Shown here: in pieces, positions 27,032-41,100 of the stretch | Numbering within the stretch: position 1 is the stretch's first letter | How the letters are laid out: each line of letters opens with the position of its first letter | Notes under the pieces: generated by a model | Database searches by the model: none | The model's input: only the letters and a program-made list of their open reading frames with translations | Told to the model about the DNA's origin: nothing | DNA from: Phyllosticta citribraziliensis | Taxonomy: Eukaryota | Reading direction: 5' to 3' | NCBI RefSeq assembly: GCF_038025025.1 | Contig: NW_027117342.1 | Location: forward strand, 1,860,001 to 1,924,000 | Length of the DNA stretch: 64,000 nucleotides | Translations under genes and position numbers: made by a program

Positions 27032-29503
27032 CTAGTTATCTCCTTTTATATACTTACTTAGCTATCTCTTATAGCCTAAAGTATACTACTTCTCTATTAT
27101 AATCTCTTAAATAACTATTAGTACTAGAACTACTAATAATCTCCCCCTATTTACTATTATTCTAGATGGCTCTTCTATATAAGAATTCTTATAATTTATA
27201 CTAGTCTTTCTACTATAATATATATTAGTATAAGCCTTATTTATATAATAATAAGAGTATCTATAGTTTATATAGTAGGAAGACTTAGTATTATAGCTAT
27301 AGTAGATAATAGTAACTCCTATTACTTTAGCTACCTTTAAGGCTATAGTATATATAGAGATCTTAGTATTTACTATAATAGTATCTATAATCTAGGGCTA
27401 ATAGTATTTATTAATAATCTTTAGGTTAAATAGTAGTAGAGTATCTATAATAATTCCCTATAGAGTCTAGATTTTATATAAGGTAGTATCCTTCTCTTTA
27501 TTCCTAATAATCTTATAGATAATACTAATAAGTATACTTAATAAGCTATAGTAATCCTTCTTTAGAACTTAGGTTAAGATAATATTACCTTTATAGAACT
27601 TATAGGGGGAGTAGGTTATATTATACTTCCTAATTATATTATTATAAGTAACCTTATAGGCCTTATTAATATTTTTATCTTAAGTAATACCTATAATAGT
27701 AGTATCTACCCTAATATCTTTAAGAGATATATTAATAGATATATTACTACTAATATTAGCCTTAAAATATATATACTTTCTAAGTATAGTACTACTAGAG
27801 CCCTCTCTATTACCCTTAATAGGAGGCTCTTACTTTATAAGAGATACTAGATTAATAGTATCTTACTAAGTACTAGGCTTATCTTATAGCTAATCTAGAT
27901 ATAGATATAGGTATAGTAGTAGGATCTCTATAAGTAATAAGATAGGGGATAATAATCTAGAAGATTAAATAGAGGCCTCTTACTATTTCCCCTTATAAAT
28001 AGTAAGTTATTATATTTCTTAAAGTTAATTATTTAGAATAATAGCTTAACTACTACCCTCTCTAGTATTATTATCCTTAAAGTTATAGAGGACTAGCTAC
28101 TAAAAAGAATTAATAGGAGGGGGGAGTACCTCCTACTATTAAGTTACTAGTATAGACTAAGGTACTAGTATAGCTAGAGGTATAGGAATTAGTATATTAT
28201 CTATACTAAAAAGATTAATATACTTAACTTTAGTTTTAGTAGAGTTATTATAAGCTATTATTATAACTAATTTATCTTTAAGGTTATTAATAGGGACCTG
28301 CTCTTTAGTATAAGTAATTTAAGGAATATACTAGGTTTAAGGTTTAAAGCTAAAGACTACTTTAAATAGTATTATCTTAATTATATAGCTATATATTATA
28401 TTTATTTATAGTATAATATTAGGGTAGGAATAAGTAAAACTATAATAGCTATACTTAAGCTATATAGCCTTAATCTAAAGCTTAACTTAGTAGTTTCCCT
28501 ACTCTACTATACCTTAGGACTAGGGGTAGTAAGGTTAGCTATAATAAATTTTAATACTATAATTATTAAGGAGGTATATAAGAGCCCTAAGAAACTCTCC
28601 TTTATTATTAGACTATACTTTCTTAGGGGGTCTAAAGGATTAGATCTAGTAAAGAAGGGTAGAAGTAGTTATTATAGCTATTTTATTAGATAGAGGGTAT
28701 AATTAAGTATAGTAAGAGAAGTAATTATATATATATAGGATATATTTATTACTAGTAGACTAGTCTAGGGTATATATATAGTTAATTAAGTTAATCTATA
28801 CCTATTAAAAGTATCTATTTATAATAATAGGTTAAATAGGCCTTAGTTTAGAATAGTACTCCTAAAGAGTATAGATTTAGTATATATTAATATACTAATA
28901 GATATTATTATAAATAATTCTATAGGTTTTATCCTAGATATATTAAAGAATAGGCTTAATTCTAGTATATCCTATCTTAAAATAAGTAGCTATAATAATA
29001 TTAAAGATTCTAGAAGTCTAAATAACCCTTCTCTCTCTATAATAGCTACTAGCCTTCTTAAAGAGCTCTCTATCCCTAATAAGATAGTTAGTACTAATCT
29101 AGTAGTACTAGTTTTATTTAGTCTAATTAGAGTACTACTTTATACTAGAGAGCTAAGTAGTATACTCCTTATACTACTAGAGATTAAAGTACTAGCTAGA
29201 GTTATTATTACTAGATTAGTTAAGCTAAGTATTAAAGGCTAATTAAGTAGCTTTATTAAAGGTATTTTAAGTATAATCTAGGTTAAAGAGATATAGTAGG
29301 AGGATAGGTATCTAGTTAACTAGGTACTTATTATTAGGAGTAGTAACCTAATTACTAGAAGGGGTAGTAGCCTAATTAATAGAAGGGGTAGTAGCCTAAT
29401 TAATAGGAGGGGTAGTAGCCTAGTTTTAACTAGGTAGATTAGTAGTATTATTATTATTAGTATAGCTAGAAGTAGTAGGGAGATTAAGTATAGTTTAGAC
29501 TAT
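27032..29503 (-). pseudogene. RIP-mutated integrase-like DDE transposase
   Basis: Reverted reading: H..GHAG..T....YGITRDDV....C..C (~28865-28990), RVQIDLID (D 28790-92), ILHxxDHFSRY, QSDNxGEF (D 28607-09), GRPYHPQSQGxVE (E 28502-04; DD34E), TPFEVVFG, and a C-terminal CxC-x5-C-x4-CxC-x6-C-x3-CH-x7-CxN motif (~27185-27300). Probable introns near the 5' end. Confidence 0.85.
29341..29423. repeat. 24-bp tandem repeat (~3.5 units) in the transposase N-terminus
   Basis: TAGTAGCCTAATTAATAGAAGGGG-like units at 29341, 29365, 29389 and a partial unit at 29413, giving an 8-aa repeat on the minus strand. Confidence 0.85.
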
Positions 29504-29839
29504 TTTTAATAATTAATACTAGAATTACTATAGATAATAAAGGGTTAGATTTTTAGTATTAGAGAGATTAAGAATTTTCTAATACTTAGAGAGGTACTAG
29601 AATACTTTAAACTACTTATTTTATAGTAAAAAAACTCTAATAATAATATATAGGTATATTATAATATATAATAGTAGTTCTATATAACTTATAACTAGAA
29701 ATTTATAATTATTTATTTATAATATAAGTTTAGGTTAATCTCTATAAGTCTACCTTAGAAATATAGTAATATAGTATATACTTAAGATACTTAGTAGTAA
29801 GGGAGAGAGATAGCTAGGTATACTACTATAAGTTAGTTA

Positions 29840-30045
29840 TATAAGGCTTAAAGAGGCAAGTACTATATTTAGCTAACTAAAAAGTCTAAGGTAAAGAGAA
29901 AAGGAGAAGTAATACTAAGAAGAAGATAGAAATATAGTTATAGTAGGCTAATTACTTAGCCTACTAAGTAAGTATATAGTTATATACTTACTTATACTAG
30001 ATAGAGTTCTAGTAAACTAGTCCTTATATAGATATAGGCCTAATA
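29840..30045 (-). repeat. 3' LTR of element A
   Basis: Direct repeat of 60644-60849 with TATAAGGC...GCCTAATA ends (RIP-mutated TG...CA); adjacent to the polypurine tract. Confidence 0.93.
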
Positions 30046-30804
30046 CTACCCCCCCCCCTCTACTAGATAAAGTCCCTTAAGCTAGAGAGGTAGTAGTATC
30101 TAGTAAATCTCCTTTTAGATCTATTTAGTAAACTAAATTATCTAGAGGAGATAGTTTACCTAGATTAAAATAGTAATATTTTAAAATAAGATTTCTTAAA
30201 TAGATAAAGTTAGTTTAAAGGAGCTATTAAGGATTAGTATTCTAATTATCCTAGTTACTAATAAAGGTAGCCTTATATTAGATACTAAAGTACTTTATCT
30301 TATAGAAGTTAATAATCTTAGCTACTTTCTACTTATTATAAGGTTTATCCTTAGGGTTATTATAAGTAAGGATATTAGAACTAGTAGGTTTAAGAATTTA
30401 ACTAGAAAAAGGGGTAGAGATAAGGTAGAGTTTCTATAAATAGAAGATTAGTATAAGGCTATTAATAAGCTTATCCTTTAAGATAGTAAACTTATAGGCC
30501 TTATAATTAATAATATACTTAATTAGCTAGGGGCTATACTATTTCTAGTCTAAACTCTTATTAGGCCTTATAGTAGAGAAGTTCTATATATTAATATAGA
30601 TAAGGTCTCTAACCTTATAGTTTAGGTATAGGGCCTAGTATTTATTAGTATAGTAGGTATAGTTCTCTTATATAGCTTAAATAAGTATACTAAGTTACTA
30701 GTTAATAGTATAAGTCTAGATAATAATATAGTTAGTATAATTAATTTAAGGGTCTTAGTTAATATTTAGGAGTAGGGGCTTAATTCTAATATATAGGTTA
30801 TATC

Positions 30805-31220
30805 TATTACGACTTGCAGATTTCTTATTGCGCAGGTAAGGGCTAAAGGCAAACTGCTAGAGAATATATATATATCTTAATTAAATATAATAAGTTAAAA
30901 GAATAAAATATAAAAGATACTTACTACCTATATATTTCCTAGTCCTTCCTTTATACTATTCTACCTCTTATCCTTTATATAAGGGTCCTTGGTTATTATT
31001 AGGTAAGTTATAAAGGTGAGGTATTAATGGGCTATTATATAGTATCTACCTAGGGCTATAGTAGCTGGTGCTAGCCTATAGTAGCTGGTGCCAGCCTATA
31101 GGTTTTAGCCTGAGCTGTGGTGGGCTGCTACCTGAGGTAAGGCTTAGGTTTTAGCCTAAGCTATAGTAGGCTGCTACTTAAGGTAAGGCTTATATAGGTA
31201 TATATATGCCTATTATAACA
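30805..31220 (-). repeat. 3' LTR of B1 (variant with 46-bp duplication)
   Basis: Matches 46784-47199 in length and in the internal duplication. Confidence 0.95.
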
Positions 31221-31438
31221 TGCCCCCCCTAAAGAGAAGCTAAAATTATAGGAATTAGCAGCTATAGGTGCTTATATAGGCATAGACTTATAATATATAA
31301 TAGTAGTAATTTAGTAATTTAAGCGTTCTATATAGTTATAAAGTATAATTATTAGTCTAGGTCTATTACTATACTATCTCTTTCTATTACTATCTCTTTT
31401 ACTATATAACCTATAGAAGGTTACTATCTTACTTAGCT

Positions 31439-32911
31439 ATATCTAAAGCTCCCTATTAAAGTATGTTATTATCCTAGTCTAATTTAGCTATAATCTAGTA
31501 AACTAACTATTACGCGTAAAGGTTCTAATAATTTAAATAATTTATACCCTACTAATAGTAAAGCAGATATTCCTAGCTACTATATACTTAATATATCTGC
31601 TACTTATTATAGTCTAGTCTATTAGGACTTATTACTATTATATAAGAGTTATAGTATTAAGTTATTATCGCGCGGCATTATTTATAATCTATTATAGTTA
31701 CTACTTACTTAGAGAGCTGTTTTAGCTGGCAGTATCTATAAGGGCTATTATATAGAGTCCTAAGGTAAGTAAACTTTAATTCTATCTCTTTAGACTATTA
31801 CTAATTATTATCTAGGCTATTAAGTAGTATTATATATCTAGGTTTTACTACTTTATTGTCCCATCTTACTGACTGATATAATTATAGGGGAGGATACTTA
31901 TATAAATACTTAGTTAGGCTAGGCTTTACTTATTTAGCTAGGAACTACTATAGGCTTATTACTTTACCTATAGTATGCTATAGTATTAGGTTCTACTTAA
32001 TTAGTATTATTAGTTATCGCGTAAGGTTTGTTATCTATAGCTGTATAGCCTGCTACTAACCAGCCTATTACGCCGCGTTACTGCTAGTTTACTATTATAT
32101 AGCCTGTTTTAGAGGAAGAAGGTAAAGAGCCTACTTATATATACTATTATTATAATCCTATAGCTTATTAGGTTCTAGCAGCTAAGTACTTACTACCTAC
32201 TACTTTATATAATAGTAGTAATAGTAAGATTCGTATTATAGCGTTGCTAGTTAGCTCTAATAAGGTGCCTATTAAGTGGGACTTTAAGTTAATACTTTAT
32301 ATCCCTTATAAGAATATAGAGAGTGTCGCGTGAGTAAGTTTATCTTACTAATATAAGGGATTCTTATCTGACTAACTATATAGGCGCGCCTTAGTAGTTC
32401 TAAAGTATAAGAGCGCGCTAAATGTATCTTAGCCTTAGATAATAGTATACCTTACTCATATATTATAGTTTCTACTTAGTAATTTAACTACTTATTAGTT
32501 AAAACTTAAGCTAGCTTGCGCGATGCTTTTCTTATCTAGTATACTAGAATTAATAACCCTATTAGCTATACTAAGTATTATAATAATACTAATACTCGCG
32601 CGTTTATTAGTTATTACTACCTGCCTAGTTTCTTATAGGGCCGTTGCGCTAACTGCCTTTAGGGTATAGGTAACTTAGACTATACTATTAGTAACTTAAA
32701 AGGTACCAAGCCACCTACTTATTATAAGAGGTATAAAGATAAAATTTATATAGAGGAGTTCTAGAACTTATACTACTAAGCTAGAGTAGAGGATTAAACT
32801 AATTAGGCTTTAGCTAAGTAGGATATCCTGCCTAATAAGCTAGAGGATTTAGAGGAGACTATCTTATATAATAATAGTTATAATAAGAAGAAGGGAAAAG
32901 GATAGAAGTAA
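31439..32911 (+). pseudogene. antisense accessory gene of B1 (4 exons, ~436 aa, DUF3716-like Cys domain), RIP-mutated
   Basis: Exons 31439-31460, 31522-31764, 31816-32333, 32384-32911 total 1311 nt in one frame. Introns have GTATGT/GTAAGT donors and CTAAC/CTAAT branch sites. GRCANCL is readable directly at ~32639-32659. Confidence 0.8.
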
Positions 32912-35900
32912 AGGGTAGAAAGTAAAGAAGAGGGAAGTAGGGGATAAGTAGTAAAAAGGAGAGACTAGAGAGTAGAAGTTAAGGTTAATAGTATTTATAT
33001 AAGGGTAGATAGTAAACTAATTAGTCTACTTTCTATATCTTTATAATATTTACTATAGGCCTAAGTAACTTATTTTATTATTACTTTCTATTTTAATCTA
33101 TAGTTCTTCTTAGAGGAAGGTAGTCTTCTATTTTTCTAGATTTTTTAGTAGTCCTACTATAGTAGGGTATAATAAGTAGAATTCTTTAATTTTCTATAGT
33201 ATGCTGCTAAAAGAACTTATATTATACTACTAGTTATCTTAGTTATATCTAGTCTATTTAACTTAGTATTAAAGCTTTTTATATAAGACTTAACTAGTTT
33301 AAATATAGTCTACTTCCTACTTAGGCTTGTCTTAAATAATCTTAGGTTCTAGTTTAGTATATTCTTAACTAGGAAGCTGTTCTATTTCAGCCTTATATAG
33401 CCTATTAGTATAGAAAAGGTTAACTATCTTTATATATAAGGGAAGATTAAGGATATAGGAGGGTCCTTCTATTCCTATAATCTTAAAAGGTCTAGTATTA
33501 GGGAAGTCTAATTTAAGGTTTAGCTAATTAGTAGACTATCCTATTTTCTTAATATAGATGTAATCTCTAACTATAAAGTCTAGTATATAATGGTATTTAT
33601 TAGCTTATTAGCATATATACTCTTAGGATTTAAGAATAAGATTCTTTATAAATTTAAAAGCTTCTTATCTTCTCTTTTATAGTATTTATACTACTATATG
33701 AGCTATCTTTTCTAGTTACTAGGGGGTCTCTATTCTTTATTACTAGTTATAGTATATTTAAGGGGAATATCCTAACTTAATCTTAAAAGGTAAAAGTCTA
33801 GTAGCTTTATAGGGAAGTATTACTTATATAAGGTCTATTAATAGTAGAAGATTAGACTAATTATTCTAAAAGTAATTAATAAAAGGTCTTAATCTTTATA
33901 TAAGATGCTAATTAATAATCTCTATAATACTATTAGTTTAAGAGTAGTAGGATGAGTTAAAATACTACTCTATACTAGTTAGCTTATATAATTTATTTAT
34001 AAATGCTGAGATAAACTGAGGGCCTTAGTTAGATAGGATAGACTTAGGGTTTCTATAAATATAATAAATATATTTATAAAAGAGCCTAGAGACTCCTTTA
34101 GTATTAATCTTTTTTATATAAGGTAAGCTAAAGGTTCTTTAACTTAACTAGTCTATAATAACTAGAATTATATTATAGCCTTTTTAGTCCTTAGGCATCT
34201 CTTTAAAATCTATAGCTAAGTATTACTAGGGTTAAGTAGGAATTTCTAGGGGTTATAGAAGGCCTAGGTCTTTATTATAAAACTCTTTTATTTAGTAGTA
34301 AATATAGTATCCTCGCCTATAAATATTAATTATATAATTTATAGCTAGCTAGTAGTAATATTACTTAAGGAGTTTTTGCATCTTTATAATACTAGGATAG
34401 GTAGTTATATAAGTAGTATATAAGGTGTTAAGTATTCTTACGCGGAGGTTATTATAATCTAGTATAAAGAGGGTACTATATTATAGTAAAAGACCATCCT
34501 TTAGTTCCTAACTATTTCTTTATTTAAGGTCTTTTAAGAGGGCTTTCTATCTTTAGAGTTCTAATTTAGAATCTTCTTAGTTTATATAGAGAAGTTTATC
34601 TAAAAATAATACTAGAGGAGGAAGTTCTTATTCTAAAATAGAAAGAGGGATAATAGTCTCTAGTAGAATAAGGTATATCTCTTATATAGCCTTTACTTTT
34701 TCTTTTTAAGTCTTTAGGTCTTCTTATTTTTAAGTAAGATAATTAGTGATGATATTTTCCTTTTCTAGTTAATAGGAGAAGTATATATAGAACTCTATAA
34801 AAAACTTAGACTATCTAGCTTATTATTAATTAAGTTGTTATTTAGTAGAGTAGTACTCTAATACCTAATAGTCTATAATTATAAGAAAAGGTTTTTTAAG
34901 GCTAATAAGTATTAGTCTCTATTCTTCTAGTCTATTCTTAATAGCTAGCAGTTCTTTATTAGATATTCTATAATAAAGTTCTATATTAGCTATTACCTTA
35001 GAGTAGAACGCTACTAGTTTCTAATTATATAAAGGTTATTAGAGCTATATTAAAATACCTATAGTAACTCTATTACTTATATCAGTCTCTATATAAGTAT
35101 TAAGAGTAGGATTATAATTAGCTAGGAGTGTATTACTATATATTAGCTTCTTAAGTTATTAAATTACCTCTTCTTCTAGGGGTCCTAGTTATTACTATTT
35201 TACCTTAGAGTATAGTTTCTCTAATAGCTAGCTAATTTATCTATAGTTAGGGAGAAATTATTAGTAGAAATTATAGAAACCTAGGAAGGATTAAAGAGCT
35301 TTAAGGGTTTTAGGTATTAGCTAGTTTTATATAGGTTCTACCTTATCTAGGTCTATTTAAATGCCTTCTATAGAAATGATATATCTAAGGAACTTTATAT
35401 AAGTAACTAAAAACTTACTCTTCTTTAAATCTACCTATAGTCCTACTTTTTATAGTCTTACTAGTACTTTTTTTACTTATTCCTTATACTCCGCAGGGTC
35501 TTTAGAGATAATGAGTATATTATCTATAAAAGCCATAATAAAATCGTCTAAATACTTAAAGAGAACCTAGTTAATAAAATATTAAAAGGCTACTAGTCTA
35601 TTACTTAATCTAAAAGGTAAGATATAGTATTTAAATAACCTATATCTTATATAGAAAGTGGTTTTATCTTCAGAATCCTTAGTAAGATAAATATAGTAGA
35701 AAGCTTATTAAATATTAAGCTTAGTATAAATCTTGCCCCTTCTAACGCGCTAAAGTAACTCTATAATAAGAGGGAGGGGGTGCAAATCCTTAGTAGTTTA
35801 TTTATTAAGCTATTAGTAGTCTATATAAAATCTCCATCCCCTACCAGGCTTTTTTACTATAAGAATAGGAGAAGTATAGGTAGTAAAGCTCTTAGTAATA

Positions 35901-35941
35901 AAGCCTTTCTAAAGGTTCTTAATGATATACTCTTTTATAGC

Positions 35942-36364
35942 TGTCACGACTTATAGATTTCTTATTATATAGGTAAGGGCTAAAGATAAACTGCTAGAGA
36001 ATGTATATATATCTTAATTAAATCTAATAAGTTAAAAGAATAAAATATAAAAGATACTTACTACCTATATATTTCCTAGTCCTTTCTTTATACTATTCTA
36101 CCTCTTGTCCTTTACATAAGGGTCCTTAGTTATTATTAGGTGAGTTATAAAGGTAAGGTGTTAATGGGCTGTTATGTGGTATCTGCCTAGGGCTATAGTG
36201 GCTGGTACTAGGCTATAGTAGCTAGTACTAGCCTATAGGTTTTAGCCTAAGCTGTAGTAGGCTGCTACCTAAGGTGAGGCTCGTGCTTCCTATAACTATA
36301 TAATGCTAGGTTTATCTATACTAGCCCTAGTACTTATATAGGTATATATATGCCTATTGTGACA
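35942..36364 (-). repeat. 3' LTR of B2
   Basis: TG...CA termini retained; followed by the polypurine tract C-run. Confidence 0.95.
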
Positions 36365-36582
36365 TGCCCCCCCTAAAGAGAAGCTGAAATTATAGGAATT
36401 AGTAGCTATAGGTGCTTATATAGGTGCAGACTTATAATATATAACAGTAGTAATTTAGTAATTTAAGCATTCTATACAGTTATAAAGTATAATTATTAGT
36501 CTAGGTCTACTACTATACTATCTCTTTCTATTACCATCTCTTTTACTATATAACCTGTAGAAGGTCGCCATCTTACTTAGCT

Positions 36583-38055
36583 ATATCTAAAGCTCCCTAT
36601 TAAAGTACGTTATTGCCCTAGTCTAATTTAGCCATGATCTAGTAAACTAACTGTCGCGCGTAAAGGTTCTAATAATTTAAATAATTTATACCCTACTAAT
36701 AGTAAAGCAGACATTCCTAGCTGCTATACACTTAATACATCTACTACTTATTATGGTCTAGTCTATTAGGACTCATTACTATTATATAAGAGTTATAGTA
36801 TTAAGTCATTATTATGCGGCATTATTTACAATCCATCGTAGTTGCCGCTCGCTTAGAGAGCTATTTTAGCTGGCAGTATCTATAAGGACCATCGTATAGA
36901 GTTCTAAGGTAAGTAAACTTTAATTCTATCTCTTTAGACTATTACTAATTATTATCTAGGCTGTTAAGTAGTATTATATATCTAGGTTTTACTACTTTAT
37001 CATCCTGTCTTGCTAACTAATATAATTATAGAGGAGGATACTTATATAAAGACTTAGTTAGGCTAGGCTTTACTTATTTAGCTAGGAACAGCTATAGGCT
37101 TGTCACTTTACCTGCGGTATACTATAGTATTAGGTTCTACTTAATTAGTATTATTAGTTATAGCGCGAGGTTTATTATCTACAGCTGCACAGCCTACTAC
37201 TAACTAGTATATTACGCCGCGTTGCTGCCAGTTTACTGTTATGCAGCCTGTTTTAGAGGAAGAAGGTAAAGAGCCTACTTATATATACTATTATTATAAT
37301 CCTACAGCTTGTTAGGTTCTAGCAGCTAAGTACTTGCTACCTACTACTTTATATAATAGCAGTAATAGTAAGATTCACGTTATAGCATTACTAGTTAGCT
37401 CTAATAAGGTACCTATTAAGTAGGACTTTAAGTCGACGCTTCACATTCCTTATAAGAATATAGAGAGTGTTATATAAGTAAGTTTATCTTACTAATATAA
37501 GGGATTCTTATCTAACTAACTATATAGGTGCACCTTAGTAGTTCTAAAGTATAAGAGCGCGCTAAATACATCTTAGCCTTAGGTAATAGTATACCTTACT
37601 TATATATTATAGTTTCCACTCAGCAATTTAACTACTTATTAGTTAAAACTTAAGCCAGCTTATGCGATGCTTTTCTTATCTAGTATACTAGAATTAATAA
37701 CCCTGTCAGCTATACTAAGTATTATAATAATACTAATACTCGCGCGTTTATTAGTTATTACCACCTGCCTAGTTTCTTATAGGGCCACTGCGCCAACTGC
37801 CTTTAAGGTATAGGCAACTTAGACTGCACTATTAGTAACTTAAAGGGTACTAAGCTATCTACTTATTATAAGAGGCATAAAGATAAAATTTATATAAAGG
37901 AGTTCTAGAACTTATACTATTAAGCCAGGGTAGAGGATTAAACTAATTAGGCTTTAGCTAAGTAGGACATCCTACCTAATAAGCTAGAGGATCTAGAGGA
38001 GACTATCTTATATAATAATAGTTATAATAAGAAGAAGGGAAAAGGAAGGAAGTAA
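36583..38055 (+). pseudogene. antisense accessory gene of B2
   Basis: Same exon lengths as in B1; introns 36605-36665, 36909-36959, 37478-37527. CANC and the final Cys (GAC TGC) are readable directly. Confidence 0.8.
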
Positions 38056-38155
38056 AGAAAGGGATAGTAGGGAATAAGTAATAAAAAGGAGAGACTAGAG
38101 AGTAGAAGTTAAGATTAATAGTATTTATATAAGGGTAGATAGTAAACTAATTAGT

Positions 38156-41100
38156 CTACTTTCTATATCTTTATAATATTTACTATAGGCCTAAGTGACT
38201 TGTTTTATTATTACTTTCTCTTTCAATCTAGGGTTCTTCTTAAAGGAAGGCAGTTTTCTATTTTTCTAGATTTTTTAGTAGTCCTGCTATAGTAGGGTGT
38301 AATAAGTAGAATTCTTTAATTTTCTATAGTATGCTACTAAAAGAACTTGCATTATACTACTAGTTATCTTAGTTATATCTAGTCTATTTAACTTAGTATT
38401 AAAGCTTCCTATATAAGACTTAACTAGCTTAAATATGGTCTACTTCCTACTTAGGCTTATCTTAAATAATCTTAGGTTTAGGTTTAGTATATTCCTAACT
38501 AGGAAGCTGTTCTATTTTAGCCTTATATAGCCTATTAGTATAGAAAAGGTTGACCATCTTTATATATAAGGAAAGATTAAGGATATAGGAGGGTCCTTCT
38601 ATTCCTATAATCTTAAAAGGTCTAGTATTAGGAAAGTCTAATTTAAGGTTTAGCCAATTAGTAGACCATTCTGTTTTCTTAATATAGATATAATCTCTAA
38701 CTATAAAGTCTAGTATGTGACGGTATTTATTAGCTTATTAGCACATATACTCTTAGGATTTAAGAATAAGATTCTTTATAAATTTAAAAGCTTCTTATCT
38801 TCTCTTTTATAGTATTTACGCTACTATACGAGCTATTTTCTCTAGTTACTAGGGGGTTTTAGTTCTTTATTACTAGTTATAGTGTAATTAAGGGGAATAT
38901 CCTAACTTAATCTTAAAAGGTAAAAGTCTAGTAGCTTTATAGGGAAGTGTTACTTGTGTGAGGTCTATTAATAGTAGAAGATTAGACTAATTATTCTAAA
39001 AGTAATTAATAAAAGGTCTTAATCTTTATATAAGATGCTAATTAATAATCTCTATAATACTATTAGTTTAAGAGTAGTAGGATGAGTTAAAATACTACTC
39101 TATACTAGTTAGCTTATATAGTTTATTTATAAACGCTGAGATGAACTGAGGGCCTTAGTTAGATAGGATAGACTTAGGGTTTCTATAAATATAGTAGATA
39201 TATTTATAAAAGAGCCTAGAGACTCCTTTAGTATTAATCTTTTTTATATAAGGCAAACTAAAGGTTCTTTAACTTAACTAGTCTATAATAACTAGGATTG
39301 CATTATAGCCCTTTTAGTCTTTAGGCATCTCTTTAAAATCTATAGCTAAGTGTTACTAGGGTTAAGTAGGAATCTCTAGGGGTTATAGAAGGCCTAGGTC
39401 TTTATTATAAAACTCTTTTATTTAGTAGCAAATATGGCATCCTCGCCTATAAATATCAATTATGCGATTTATAGCTAGCTAATAGTAATATCGCTTAAGG
39501 AGTTTTTGCATCTTTATAATACTAGGATAAGTAGTTATATAGGTAGTATATAAAGTATTAAGTATTCTCACGCGGAGGTTATTACAATCTAGTATAAAGA
39601 GTATACCATATTATAGTAAAAGACCATCCTTTAGTTCCTAACTATTTCTTTATTTAAGGTCCTTTAAGAGGGCTTTCTATTTCTAGAGTTCTAATTTAGA
39701 ATCTTCCTAGTTTATATAGAGGAGTTTATCTAAAAATAACACTAGAGGAGGAAGTTCTTATTCTAAAATAGAAAGAGGGATAATAGTCTCTAGTAGGATA
39801 AGGCACATCTCTTATACAGCCCTTACTTTTTCTTTTTAAGTCTTTAGGTCTTCTTATTTTTAAGTAAGGCAATTAGCAATAATATTTTCCTTTCCTAGTT
39901 AATAGGAGAATTATATATAGAACTCTATAAAAAACTTAGACTATCTAGCTTGTTATTAATTAAGTTGTCATTTAGTAGAGTAGTACTCTAATGCCTAATA
40001 GTCTGTAATTATAAGAAAAGGTTTTTTAAGGCTAATAAGTATTAGTCTCTATTCTTCTAGTCTATTCTTAATAGCTAGCAGTTCTTTATCTAAAATTCTA
40101 TAATAAAGTTCTATATCTGCTATTACCTTAGAGTAGAACGCTACTAGTTTCTAATTATATAAAGGTTACTAGAGCTGTATTAAAATACTAGTAGTAACTC
40201 TATTACTTATGTTGGTCTCTATACAAGTATTAAGAGTAGGGTTATAATTAGCTAGAAGTGCATTACTATATATTAGCTTCTTAAGTTATTAAATTGCCTC
40301 TTCTTCTAGGGGTCCTAGTTATTACTATTTTGCCTTAGAGTATAGTTTCTCTAATAGCCGGCTGATTTATCTATAGTTAGGGAGAAATTATTAGTAGAAA
40401 TTATAGAAACCTAGAAAGGATTAAAGAGCCTTAAGGGTTTTAGGTATTAGCTAGTTATATATAGGTTCTACCTTATCTAGGTCTATTTAAATGCCTTCTA
40501 TAGAAATGATGTATCTAAGGAACTTTATATAAATAACTAAAAACTTACTCTTCTTTAAATCTACCTATAGTCCTACCTTTTATAGTCTTACTAGTACTTT
40601 TTTTACTTATTCCTCGTGCTCTATAGGGTTTTTAGAGATAATAAGCATGTCATCTATAAAAGCTATAATAAAATCGTCTAAATACTTAAAGAGAACCTGG
40701 TTAATAAAACGTTAAAAGGCTACTAGTCTATTACTTAATCTAAAAGGTAAGACACGGTATTTAAATAACCTATATCTTATATAGAAAGTGGTTTTATCTT
40801 TAGAATCCTTAGTAAGATAGATGCAGTAGAAAGCTTATTAAATATTAAGCTTAGTATAAATCTTGCCCTTTCTAATGTGCTGAAGTAACTCTATAATAAG
40901 AGGGAGGGGGTGTAAATCCTTAGTAGTTTATTTATTAAGCTATTAGTAGTCTATGTAAAATCTCTATCCCCTACTAGGCTTTTTTACTACTAGAATAGGA
41001 GAAGCGTAGGCGGCAAAGCTTTTAGTAATAAAGCCTTTCTAAATATTCTTAATAATATACTCTTTTACAGCCTTAAGCTGTTCTAGAGACATTCTATAGA

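Noticed and set aside
29341..29423. CRISPR-like repeat array
   Set aside because: Head-to-tail 24-bp coding repeat without spacers, in a eukaryotic transposase.
31221..33025. env-like third ORF in family B
   Set aside because: The extra gene is antisense and spliced, with a Cys cluster and basic tail. Apparent hydrophobicity is a RIP artefact.
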